The notes below the pieces were generated by a model. That model was not told the DNA's origin and did no database searches. It saw nothing but the letters and a program-made list of their open reading frames with translations. Shown here piece by piece: positions 19,171 through 28,323 of a stretch of DNA of 64,000 bases (positions are counted from its first letter, which is position 1; each line of letters opens with the position of its first letter). The translations under genes and the position numbers were made by a program. The DNA comes from Clostridiales bacterium DTU072 (GTDB lineage Bacteria > Bacillota > Clostridia > Christensenellales > DTU072): contig LFSG01000044.1 of the NCBI GenBank assembly GCA_001512685.1, positions 10,800 through 74,799 on the forward strand. The letters are read 5' to 3'.

Positions 19171-20088
19171 CTATTCCGCCTGCCGCTTTTTCTGCTTAAT
19201 TTTATTGTCAATCAATAGTATTATCCAACGGCTGAAAAATACAGAGCCCACGGCGATAATAAAGCCCGCCAGCACATCGCTCAAGAAATGCGCCTTTACG
19301 ATTATCCTCGACAAGGCCACCAAAAGCGTATATGTAATGGGCGCCACATAAAACCATACCTTGTATTTCTTAAGCTTCTCGAACAAGTCGGGTAGCAGCA
19401 CAAGCGCTATGGAAAGCCCCGCCGCCGAAGTATGCCCCGAAGGGAAAGACCTGAAGGCGTCGGAATCGGAATGGTACGGATCGCTCACCACCAAATGCTC
19501 CCTGCCCTTTGAGCCGAAATTGAGCTTATACCACGGGGTATAGCCGTCATAGTTTTGGTTCATGTTCCTGAATCTCATTCTGCCCCACATCTTTTTGGCG
19601 ATTGTGGTTATTATCTGGCTGATGGCAAGCACAGCAAGCAGCATAACGGCAAAAAGCGCCAGTTTTTTCATTACCTGCTTGTCCGCCTTTGCCGTCCCCA
19701 GCATGGCAAGCGCGGTGGCGACTATGGTAAACACAATCAGATAAAAGGTTCTGTACATAATCTCTTCTTTGAAGAATTTACCCATAAGGTAGTTAACAAA
19801 CACTCCCACGCCCACAAACGCCAATATTCCGAATAATATTTTTAAGGCAAGGTAGTACTTGCTATCTTTGGTTACCGCTTGGAACAATATTATGAAAGCC
19901 ACGCCCGCCGCCACGTAAGCGGGGAATTCCCCCAAGTATTCCAACGACTGCCCGTAAAGACTGTCGGGGTTTTGCAACAATATGTTAATCTTTAAGTCCA
20001 TAAACGCCGCAAGTATCATCAAGCCGATGAATACAGCGGCGGAGCATATGAGTATGATAAGCGTTTTTTTATCTATTTTCTTGGTCAT
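19171..20088 (-). CDS. PAP2-family membrane phosphatase
   Basis: PAP2 motifs SFPSGHTS and SRIIVKAHFLSDV. I placed the start at the ATG preceded by GGGGAGG (20088) rather than the ORF-track start at 20148. Confidence 0.8.
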   Translation of the reverse strand: MTKKIDKKTLIILICSAAVFIGLMILAAFMDLKINILLQNPDSLYGQSLEYLGEFPAYVAAGVAFIILFQAVTKDSKYYLALKILFGILAFVGVGVFVNYLMGKFFKEEIMYRTFYLIVFTIVATALAMLGTAKADKQVMKKLALFAVMLLAVLAISQIITTIAKKMWGRMRFRNMNQNYDGYTPWYKLNFGSKGREHLVVSDPYHSDSDAFRSFPSGHTSAAGLSIALVLLPDLFEKLKKYKVWFYVAPITYTLLVALSRIIVKAHFLSDVLAGFIIAVGSVFFSRWIILLIDNKIKQKKRQAE

Positions 20089-20182
20089 ACCGCCTCCCCG
20101 ATAATTTTTGATTGATTGTATTATAGCATTTATCCCTTGATAATACAAGCCCGCATTAATAAAAAAGATTATATGAATACGC

Positions 20183-20211
20183 TTGTTTCGACCGCCTTTT
20201 TCACATATAAT
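20183..20211 (+). promoter_or_regulatory. Candidate sigma-A promoter of the DUF975 gene
   Basis: TTGTTT-17 nt-TATAAT. This places the TTG at 20183 inside the promoter, which supports the ATG at 20231 as the start. Confidence 0.4.
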
Positions 20212-20230
20212 AAGAAAAAATGAGATTTAT

Positions 20231-20877
20231 ATGAGTTCAAGAATAGAATTGAAAAATAAAGCCAAAGAAATGATAAAGAGCAATTTGTTTCAGTGCTTCG
20301 CCGTTTGGCTGATAACCTTGGGGGCGTCCAACATTCCCGCCGTATTGCTTATCAAAGCCGAAGAATATACTTTCTTGGCCGTTATTTATTCGCTGCTCAC
20401 CACCGCTTGGAGTATTTTGCTTTTGCCCATGTATACGGGAATGAAATTTTTTATTTGGAATTGTCCGACGGCAACGGCGCTGACCTGAACAATCTCATTC
20501 ACCCTTACACAAACGGCTCAATGCTTGAAATAATCAAAGCCAGGCTTTTGTCTATCCTTTACATATTCCTTGGCGTCATTTGTTTTGTCATTCCCGGCAT
20601 TTACCTTGCTCTGAAGTACGCCATGATTGAATATGTAATCGCCGACGACAAAGAAATGAAATATGACGCCGCCATGAAAAGGTCGGGGGGAATCATGAAA
20701 AACCAAAAAGGCAGGCTGATTGTCTTGGTTTTGTCCTTTATTCCGTGGTTCTTGCTGGTGGGAATAACTTTGGGAATAGCTTTTGTGTATGTGGGGCCTT
20801 ATTTTGAGGCTACAATGGTGAATTTTTATAAAGACATAAAGCTCAAAAAAGAGCGGGAAGCCGCGGATTTTCAATGA
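20231..20877 (+). pseudogene. DUF975-family membrane protein interrupted by a single frameshift in a T6 run
   Basis: Two overlapping ORFs (20231..20488 and the frame ending at 20877) join into one DUF975-like protein if one T is added to the T6 run at 20447..20452, giving ...PMYTGMKFF-YLELSDGNGADL... Confidence 0.6.
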
Positions 20878-20940
20878 ATTAAAGGCGTTTTTACTCTTAT
20901 TTAACTTGCGCTTGGCTTGAAATTTTTGTAGGAAAATAGG

Positions 20941-20969
20941 TTGCAAACGGCCCTTTTTAATGATACAAT
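20941..20969 (+). promoter_or_regulatory. Sigma-A promoter with extended -10 for the NifU-like/GGGtGRT pair
   Basis: TTGCAA-17 nt-TACAAT, with TG one base upstream of the -10. Confidence 0.5.
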
Positions 20970-20998
20970 GTAGAAAATTTTTGACGGAGGTTTTGACA

Positions 20999-21694
20999 GT
21001 GGCATATACGCATGAAGTACAAAATATGGTGTGTGTAAAGAAAGGTCCCAACCATGGACCGGCGCCCATTCCCGAAGAAGGCAAATGGGTGCAATCCAAA
21101 GAAATAAAGGATATCAGCGGCCTTACTCACGGCGTGGGCTGGTGCGCTCCCCAACAAGGCGCCTGCAAGCTTACCCTCAATGTTAAAGACGGCATAATAA
21201 AAGAAGCTTTGGTGGAAACTCTGGGCTGCTCGGGCATGACGCATTCGGCGGCTATGGCGGCGGAAATCCTTACCGGCAAAACGCTGCTTGAAGCGCTTAA
21301 TACCGACCTTGTATGCGACGCCATCAATACGGCGATGAGAGAGCTGTTTTTGCAAATAGTGTACGGCAGAACGCAATCGGCTTTCAGCGAAAACGGCCTC
21401 CCCATAGGAGCGGGATTGGAAGACTTGGGCAAGGGATTGAGAAGCCAAGTGGGCACCATTTATTCCACCGACGCAAAGGGCGTGCGCTATCTCGATACCG
21501 CCGAAGGCTATATCACAAAAATCGCTCTTGACGAAAACGACGAAGTAATAGGCTATGAGTTTGTAAGATTGGGACAAATGATGGAAATGATAACCGTAAA
21601 AGGCGTTCCCGCCCAAGAAGCGCTGAAAAAAGCCACGAGCGCCTACGGCAGATTCGCCGACGCCGTCAAGGTCATCAATCCCAGAGTGGAATAG
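20999..21694 (+). CDS. IscU/NifU N-terminal-like domain protein with an unassigned C-terminal domain
   Basis: GACKLTLNVKDGIIKEALVETLGCSGMTHSAAMAAEILTGKTLLEA resembles the IscU scaffold core. Three Cys are retained (GWCAP, GCSG, VCDA). The GTG start at 20999 has GGAGG 9 nt upstream, whereas the ORF-track ATG at 20960 lies inside the promoter. Confidence 0.65.
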   Translation: MAYTHEVQNMVCVKKGPNHGPAPIPEEGKWVQSKEIKDISGLTHGVGWCAPQQGACKLTLNVKDGIIKEALVETLGCSGMTHSAAMAAEILTGKTLLEALNTDLVCDAINTAMRELFLQIVYGRTQSAFSENGLPIGAGLEDLGKGLRSQVGTIYSTDAKGVRYLDTAEGYITKIALDENDEVIGYEFVRLGQMMEMITVKGVPAQEALKKATSAYGRFADAVKVINPRVE

Positions 21695-21704
21695 GAGGTT
21701 AGCG

Positions 21705-22703
21705 ATGTTGAGATTTGAAGGTTATGACAGAAGGATAGAGAAAATAAAGCAATCCATGGCTCAAAACGGCATTGACAGTTTGGAACAGGCTAAAGAAATA
21801 TGCCTTAAAAAAGGCATCAATGTGGAAGAAATCGTAAAAGGCATTCAGCCCATAGCTTTTGAGAACGCCGTTTGGGCTTATACATACGGCTGCGCCCTTG
21901 CCATTAAGAGAGGCGCTAAGAAAGCCGCCGACGCCGCCGAAATCATAGGCGAAGGCTTGCAGGCTTTCTGCGTGCCCGGCTCAGTAGCCGAAATCAGAAA
22001 GGTGGGCTTGGGCCACGGCAATCTTGCCGCCAAGCTTTTAAGAGAAGAAACAAAGTGCTTTGCTTTTGTGGCCGGGCATGAGTCCTTTGCCGCCGCCGAA
22101 GGCGCGATAGGAATTGCCCGTTCCGCCAACAAAGTCAGAAAAGAGCCGCTCAGGGTAATTCTCAACGGTTTGGGCAAAGACGCCGCTTACATAATCGCCC
22201 GCATTAACGGTTTCACATATGTGCAGACCGAATATGACCAATACACCGACACCCTCAAGATAGTAAAAGAAATCGCTTTCTCAAAAGGCGAAAGGGCCAA
22301 GGTGCGCTGCTACGGCGCCAACGATGTCAACGAAGGCGTGGCCATAATGAAGCATGAGGGCGCCGATGTGGGAATTACGGGCAATTCCACCAACCCCACC
22401 CGCTTCCAGCACCCTGTATCGGGCACATACAAGAAATGGGCGGCGGAAAACGGCAAGGTTTATTTCTCGGTGGCAAGCGGCGGAGGCACGGGCAGAACGC
22501 TTCATCCCGACAATATGGCGGCCGGCCCCGCTTCGTACGGCATGACCGACACCATGGGCAGAATGCATTCGGACGCTCAGTTCGCCGGCTCTTCTTCCGT
22601 TCCCGCCCATGTGGAAATGATGGGACTTATGGGCATGGGCAACAATCCCATGGTGGGAGCTACGGTGGCCATAGCCGTTGCCGTTGAAGAAGCCTCTAAA
22701 TAA
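21705..22703 (+). CDS. GGGtGRT-family protein (function unknown)
   Basis: 332 aa carrying the family-defining SGGGTGRT motif, followed by a Met/Gly-rich C-terminus. AGGAGG RBS; 10-nt gap from the upstream gene. Confidence 0.75.
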   Translation: MLRFEGYDRRIEKIKQSMAQNGIDSLEQAKEICLKKGINVEEIVKGIQPIAFENAVWAYTYGCALAIKRGAKKAADAAEIIGEGLQAFCVPGSVAEIRKVGLGHGNLAAKLLREETKCFAFVAGHESFAAAEGAIGIARSANKVRKEPLRVILNGLGKDAAYIIARINGFTYVQTEYDQYTDTLKIVKEIAFSKGERAKVRCYGANDVNEGVAIMKHEGADVGITGNSTNPTRFQHPVSGTYKKWAAENGKVYFSVASGGGTGRTLHPDNMAAGPASYGMTDTMGRMHSDAQFAGSSSVPAHVEMMGLMGMGNNPMVGATVAIAVAVEEASK

Positions 22704-22720
22704 ATAATTGTTTGAAATTA

Positions 22721-22758
22721 AAAAATTCAGGCTTATATTTTTAAGCCTGAATTTTTTC
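22721..22758 (+). terminator. Rho-independent terminator of the NifU-like/GGGtGRT operon
   Basis: Perfect 14-bp stem aaaaattcaggctt/aagcctgaattttt with an 8-nt loop and a T-run. Confidence 0.85.
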
Positions 22759-22783
22759 ATAATCAATGACATTTATCGCGGGG

Positions 22784-22945
22784 TTACTCTTTTATTGAGT
22801 CGCTTAATTCAACCTTTTGCAAATTGGAGCAGTCATCAAAAGCATAAGTTTCAATTGCCGTTAAAGTATTGGGGAGCGCAACCTTCTTGATGGTTTTGTT
22901 ATTATGAAAAGTATGTTCAACACAATTAAAAATATTAAACAATAT
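22784..22945 (-). pseudogene. Remnant of a BspA-type leucine-rich-repeat (LRR_5) surface protein gene
   Basis: My own minus-strand translation gives ...NIFNCVEHTFHNNKTIKKVALPNTLTAIETYAFDDCSNLQKVELSDSIKE*. There is no plausible start or RBS. It matches the repeat pattern (I.IP..vt.Ig.yAF..C..L..v.l). Confidence 0.4.
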
Positions 22946-22983
22946 TATTTTTTGTTCCCGTCTTTGTCCTTTTATGGCGGCCG

Positions 22984-24075
22984 TTATTTAATATTGTCCG
23001 CCGCCGTCAATCCCGAAGCGAAGGCCCAATGCAGATTGTAGCCTCCGCATTGTCCGTTGACATCAAGCGCTTCGCCGCAGGCGTAAAAGCCTTTTGTCAA
23101 TTTTGACTGCAGGGTGACTGGGTCAAATTCGCGACAATTCAGTCCGCCCGAACAAACCTGCGCCTTTTTGATATCGCCAAGGCCCTTTACCTTTAAGCGG
23201 AAATTCTTCAAGGTATAAGCGGCTCTTTGCGCCGTATCCTTGGCTTGCTTGAGGATATTGTTCATTATGCGCTCCCTTACCAAACCTTCCAAAGCGAATT
23301 TTTCCGTTTGGCTCAAGTCCATATCGGGCGTGAAATCTATGACGATATCGTAGTCTTTGACATTATCGTATTCCATATAAAATGTCAGCATAAACGCCGC
23401 TATGCCGCTTATGCCGTTGTCCTTGAAATGAACTTCCCCCCTTTCTTGGGCAATAAGGTTTTGGCCCTTATACAGCTTGAGGGCGGCTTTTGCCCTTATG
23501 CCGTTAAGCCCCTTAATGTATTCGGTGTCGGTGGTTAAGGATACCAGCGAGGGCTTGAATTCCTTGTAAGTATGTCCAAGCGCCTTGACCGCCGCCAAGC
23601 TGTGGTATCCCATGGTGGCGTTTGAGCCCGTTGCAAAAAGCGCGTTCCTTGCTTTGTATTCATTGTTCACAATAAATATGTCTTTATCTTTGGATATCTC
23701 CTTGACGGCGTATGAGCAGCGGATATCCTCCTTGACATTCCTTAAAAGAAAATTCAAAACGGTATTGGCGCTTTCGGTGTAAGGATACACAAGGTTGTTG
23801 ACGGCTTTTGTCTTCATGCCCAGCCGCTCAAAAAACTCAATAATCTTTTCGGGGGGATAATTTCGCAAAACATTGTCCGTAAACGCGGTGTTGTAATATT
23901 CCTTGCGCATGTCCAAATTGGTTAAATTGCATCTGCCGCTGCCCGTGGCAAGGATTTTCTTCCCCGCCCGCTCGTTGGCTTCAAGCGCGATATAATTCAA
24001 TCCCTTTTCTTTTACTCTGTTGGCGCAAGCAAGGCCGGACGCCCCGCACCCGATAATTACCAAATCGTAAATCAT
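22984..24075 (-). CDS. BaiN/HI0933-like NAD(FAD)-utilising flavoprotein
   Basis: MIYDLVIIGCGASGLACA Rossmann start; TGSGRCNLTN motif. I placed the start at the ATG at 24075, which overlaps the tcdA stop (ATGA), rather than the ORF-track start at 24255. Confidence 0.8.
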   Translation of the reverse strand: MIYDLVIIGCGASGLACANRVKEKGLNYIALEANERAGKKILATGSGRCNLTNLDMRKEYYNTAFTDNVLRNYPPEKIIEFFERLGMKTKAVNNLVYPYTESANTVLNFLLRNVKEDIRCSYAVKEISKDKDIFIVNNEYKARNALFATGSNATMGYHSLAAVKALGHTYKEFKPSLVSLTTDTEYIKGLNGIRAKAALKLYKGQNLIAQERGEVHFKDNGISGIAAFMLTFYMEYDNVKDYDIVIDFTPDMDLSQTEKFALEGLVRERIMNNILKQAKDTAQRAAYTLKNFRLKVKGLGDIKKAQVCSGGLNCREFDPVTLQSKLTKGFYACGEALDVNGQCGGYNLHWAFASGLTAADNIK

Positions 24076-24755
24076 AGTTTCGCTATATCCTTTATCGCTT
24101 GGGCGGCCATAAGCAGTCCCGCCACGGGCGGCACAAATGAAATGCTGGCCGGCGTTCTTTCTTTGACCGCGGGCAATTCTTTGGAATACACCACTTTTAA
24201 CGAAGGTATGGACCTTTTTTTCAGTTCCGTTCTGATAACTCTGGCTAACGGGCACACCGAAGTTTGATAGATATCCGCCACCTCGAACATTGAAGGGTTG
24301 AGCTTGTTCCCCGCCCCCATGGCGCTTATTATGGGAATTCCGCTTTCGTTTGCCTTTTCTATGAGCAATATCTTGGAAGTTACGGTGTCTATGGCGTCTA
24401 TTATATAGTCCAGCCCGTCAAGGGGCAAAGATGAGCAATTGTCCTTGCCGTAAAAAATCCGCGCCTCGATTACCTCGATATCGGGGTTTATGTCCATGGC
24501 GCGCTCTTTGGCCGCTTGCGTTTTGTATTTGCCCAAAGTGGAATGAAGGGCTATCAGCTGACGGTTTATGTTGCTCTCCTTTATAATGTCGCCGTCCACC
24601 AAAAGCAGCTTTCCCACGCCCGCCCTTGCCAAAGCCTCTACGGCGTAAGAGCCCACGCCTCCTATGCCGAATACCGCCACATACGCTTGGGACAGCCTGC
24701 TTAAAGCCTGCTCCCCTATAAGCTTTCTCGTCCTTTCAAAAACATCCTCGCTCAT
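24072..24755 (-). CDS. tcdA: tRNA threonylcarbamoyladenosine dehydratase (ThiF/MoeB-fold, TcdA/CsdL)
   Basis: 227 aa. VAVFGIGGVGSYAVEALARAGVGKLLLVDGD...NINRQ is typical of TcdA. Confidence 0.8.
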   Translation of the reverse strand: MSEDVFERTRKLIGEQALSRLSQAYVAVFGIGGVGSYAVEALARAGVGKLLLVDGDIIKESNINRQLIALHSTLGKYKTQAAKERAMDINPDIEVIEARIFYGKDNCSSLPLDGLDYIIDAIDTVTSKILLIEKANESGIPIISAMGAGNKLNPSMFEVADIYQTSVCPLARVIRTELKKRSIPSLKVVYSKELPAVKERTPASISFVPPVAGLLMAAQAIKDIAKL

Positions 24756-24769
24756 TGTTTTCCCTTTTG

Positions 24770-24801
24770 AGAGAATAAAAGCCGCCCTGCCGACGGCTTT
24801 T
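24770..24801 (-). terminator. Rho-independent terminator after the PEPCK gene
   Basis: Stem aaaagccg/cggctttt with a 9-nt loop. The minus strand is followed by a T-rich tail. Confidence 0.55.
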
Positions 24802-24827
24802 ATCTCTTTATCTTTTGGTTTTGTCCT

Positions 24828-26630
24828 TTATTTGTTTTGGGTTTCTTTGCCTATGGCTCTTACCCTCTTTTTGAGTTCTTTAAGCTGTTTGGTCAGCTCT
24901 TTGGGAAGCCTTTCGCCGAATTTGGCATAGAATTCCGCAATGCCCTTGACCTCTTCCAGCCATGTTTCTCTGTCTATTTCCAGCAAGTCCTTAAGCTGTT
25001 CTATTGAAAAATCCAGTCCTTCCAAGTTAATGTCTTCGGGCTTGGGCAAATATCCGACGGGGGATTCCACGGCGTCAACCGTTCCTTCGCAACGGCGGAT
25101 AATCCAATCCAACACCCTCAGGTTTTCGCCGAAGCCCGGCCATATGAATTTGCCGTTTTCGTCCGTTCTAAACCAGTTGACATTGAAAATCTTGGGTTTT
25201 TGCTTAATCTTTTTGCCCATATCCAACCAGTGTTGGAAATAGTCTCCCATATGATATCCGCAGAAAGGAAGCATTGCCATGGGATCGCGCCTTACCACGC
25301 CCACTTTGCCCGCGGCCGCCGCCGTCGTTTCGCTGGCCATAATAGAGCCTACGAACACGCCGTGCTTCCAGTCCCTTGCCTCATAAACAAGAGGAGCGGC
25401 CTTGGCCCTTCTGCCGCCGAATACAATGGCCGAAATGGGCACTCCCTTGGGATTGTCGAATTCCTTGCTCAGGCAAGGGCAATTCTTTATGGGAGCGGTA
25501 AAGCGGCTGTTGGGATTGGCGCCCGGTATGGGCTTGCCGTTGGCGTCAACCATGCCCGGCTTCCATTTTTCGCCCTTCCAGTCCTCGGCCTTCGTGGGGG
25601 CGGGCTGGTCCAAGCCTTCCCACCATACCGTCTTGTTTGCCTTATTCAAGCACACATTGGTGAATATGGTGTCTCTCTTTGTGGTGGCAAGCGCGTTGGG
25701 ATTGGTCTTGCTGTTCGTTCCCGGGGCTACTCCGAAAAATCCGAATTCGGGATTTACGGCGTAAAGCTGGCCGTACTTGCCTTTTCTCAACCAAGCGATG
25801 TCGTCGCCCACCGTATAGACCTTATAGCCTTTCTCTCTATATACGGCGGGGGGTATGAGCATGGCAAGGTTGGTCTTGCCGCAAGCCGACGGGAAGGCCG
25901 CGCAAATATACTTGGTGTCGCCGTCCGGCTTTTCTATGCCCAAAATAAGCATATGTTCGGCCATCCACCCTTCTTGCCGTCCCAAATATGAAGCTATCCT
26001 TAACGCAAGGCATTTCTTGCCCAAAAGCACATTGCCGCCGTATCCGCTGTTTATGGAATAAATGGTGTTGTCTTCGGGGAAATGGCATATATATCTGTTC
26101 TCAAGGTCAAGCGTAACCTTGGAATGCACGCATTTGGTGAAGTTGTCGGTGTCGCCTATCTTGTCCAGCACCTTGGGGGATACCCTTGTCATAATGAGCA
26201 TGTTCAGCACCACATATATGCTGTCGGTAAGCTCTATGCCGTATTTGGCAAATGGAGAGCCTATCTTGCCCATGGAAAAAGGTATCACATACATCGTTTT
26301 GCCTTTCATGCTGCCTCTGGCAATGTCGTCAAGCATCTTATAGCATTGCTGCGGCTCCATCCAGTTGTTGGTAGGGCCTGCGTCCTCTTGCTTGCGGGAG
26401 CAAATAAAGGTCCTGTCCTCCACCCTCGCCACGTCGTTAACCGCCGTTCTGTGGTAAATGCAGCCCGGCAAAAGCCTGTTGTTGAGTTTTATTATTTCGC
26501 CCGTGGCCGCGCCTTCATTGGTAAGCTCTCTCTTTTGTTTCTTGCTGCCATCAATCCAAACCACTTTGTCGGGTTGAAACAAATCTTGATATTTCTTTAC
26601 AAAATCCAATACATATCGATTATTTGTCAT
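24828..26630 (-). CDS. pckG: Phosphoenolpyruvate carboxykinase (GTP)
   Basis: About 600 aa. P-loop FPSACGKTNLAML and GTP-PEPCK blocks. The start is the ATG at 26630, preceded by AAGGAGAG with a 6-nt spacer. Confidence 0.9.
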   Translation of the reverse strand: MTNNRYVLDFVKKYQDLFQPDKVVWIDGSKKQKRELTNEGAATGEIIKLNNRLLPGCIYHRTAVNDVARVEDRTFICSRKQEDAGPTNNWMEPQQCYKMLDDIARGSMKGKTMYVIPFSMGKIGSPFAKYGIELTDSIYVVLNMLIMTRVSPKVLDKIGDTDNFTKCVHSKVTLDLENRYICHFPEDNTIYSINSGYGGNVLLGKKCLALRIASYLGRQEGWMAEHMLILGIEKPDGDTKYICAAFPSACGKTNLAMLIPPAVYREKGYKVYTVGDDIAWLRKGKYGQLYAVNPEFGFFGVAPGTNSKTNPNALATTKRDTIFTNVCLNKANKTVWWEGLDQPAPTKAEDWKGEKWKPGMVDANGKPIPGANPNSRFTAPIKNCPCLSKEFDNPKGVPISAIVFGGRRAKAAPLVYEARDWKHGVFVGSIMASETTAAAAGKVGVVRRDPMAMLPFCGYHMGDYFQHWLDMGKKIKQKPKIFNVNWFRTDENGKFIWPGFGENLRVLDWIIRRCEGTVDAVESPVGYLPKPEDINLEGLDFSIEQLKDLLEIDRETWLEEVKGIAEFYAKFGERLPKELTKQLKELKKRVRAIGKETQNK

Positions 26631-26784
26631 GTCAAGCTCTCCTTTGCAAAAATTTCCCATTAAAATGAAATTGCAAACATTATACCATAAAAAAACCGCT
26701 TATGGCAAATCAATTCACATTAATTCATAACGCAAATAGCATATTAAATATATCTTTTTAATATACGCTTTTACTACCTTTTAT

Positions 26785-26814
26785 TTGACAAAGATAACAT
26801 TAAAGTTTTATAAT
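26785..26814 (+). promoter_or_regulatory. Sigma-A promoter of guaB-guaA
   Basis: TTGACA-18 nt-TATAAT, about 40 nt upstream of the guaB ATG. An AGGGG RBS lies in the short leader. Confidence 0.55.
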
Positions 26815-26854
26815 TATGAAATATCAAATAAATAATTGTTATAGGGGTAATTGA

Positions 26855-28309
<1,455 letters not shown>

Positions 28310-28323
28310 ACTTAGAGGTTTTT

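Noticed and set aside
20441-20460. Programmed -1 ribosomal frameshifting as the explanation for the split DUF975 gene.
   Set aside because: The zero-frame sequence A-TTT-TTT is not a canonical X-XXY-YYZ slippery heptamer, and I found no downstream stimulatory hairpin. A simple indel is more parsimonious.
24076-24255. N-terminal extensions proposed by the ORF track: BaiN-like to 24255, pckG to 26660, YgjP-like to 43740, rplP to 56806, rpmD to 51890, rplX to 55399, PAP2 to 20148, and NifU-like from 20960.
   Set aside because: Each extension overlaps the upstream gene or a promoter and lacks an RBS. In every case an internal ATG or GTG with a good Shine-Dalgarno sequence gives the canonical family N-terminus.
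26661-26854. Possible purine/guanine riboswitch or T-box upstream of guaB.
   Set aside because: The promoter lies only about 40 nt from the ATG. The leader is too short for a riboswitch aptamer, and I saw no conserved purine-riboswitch junction motifs.
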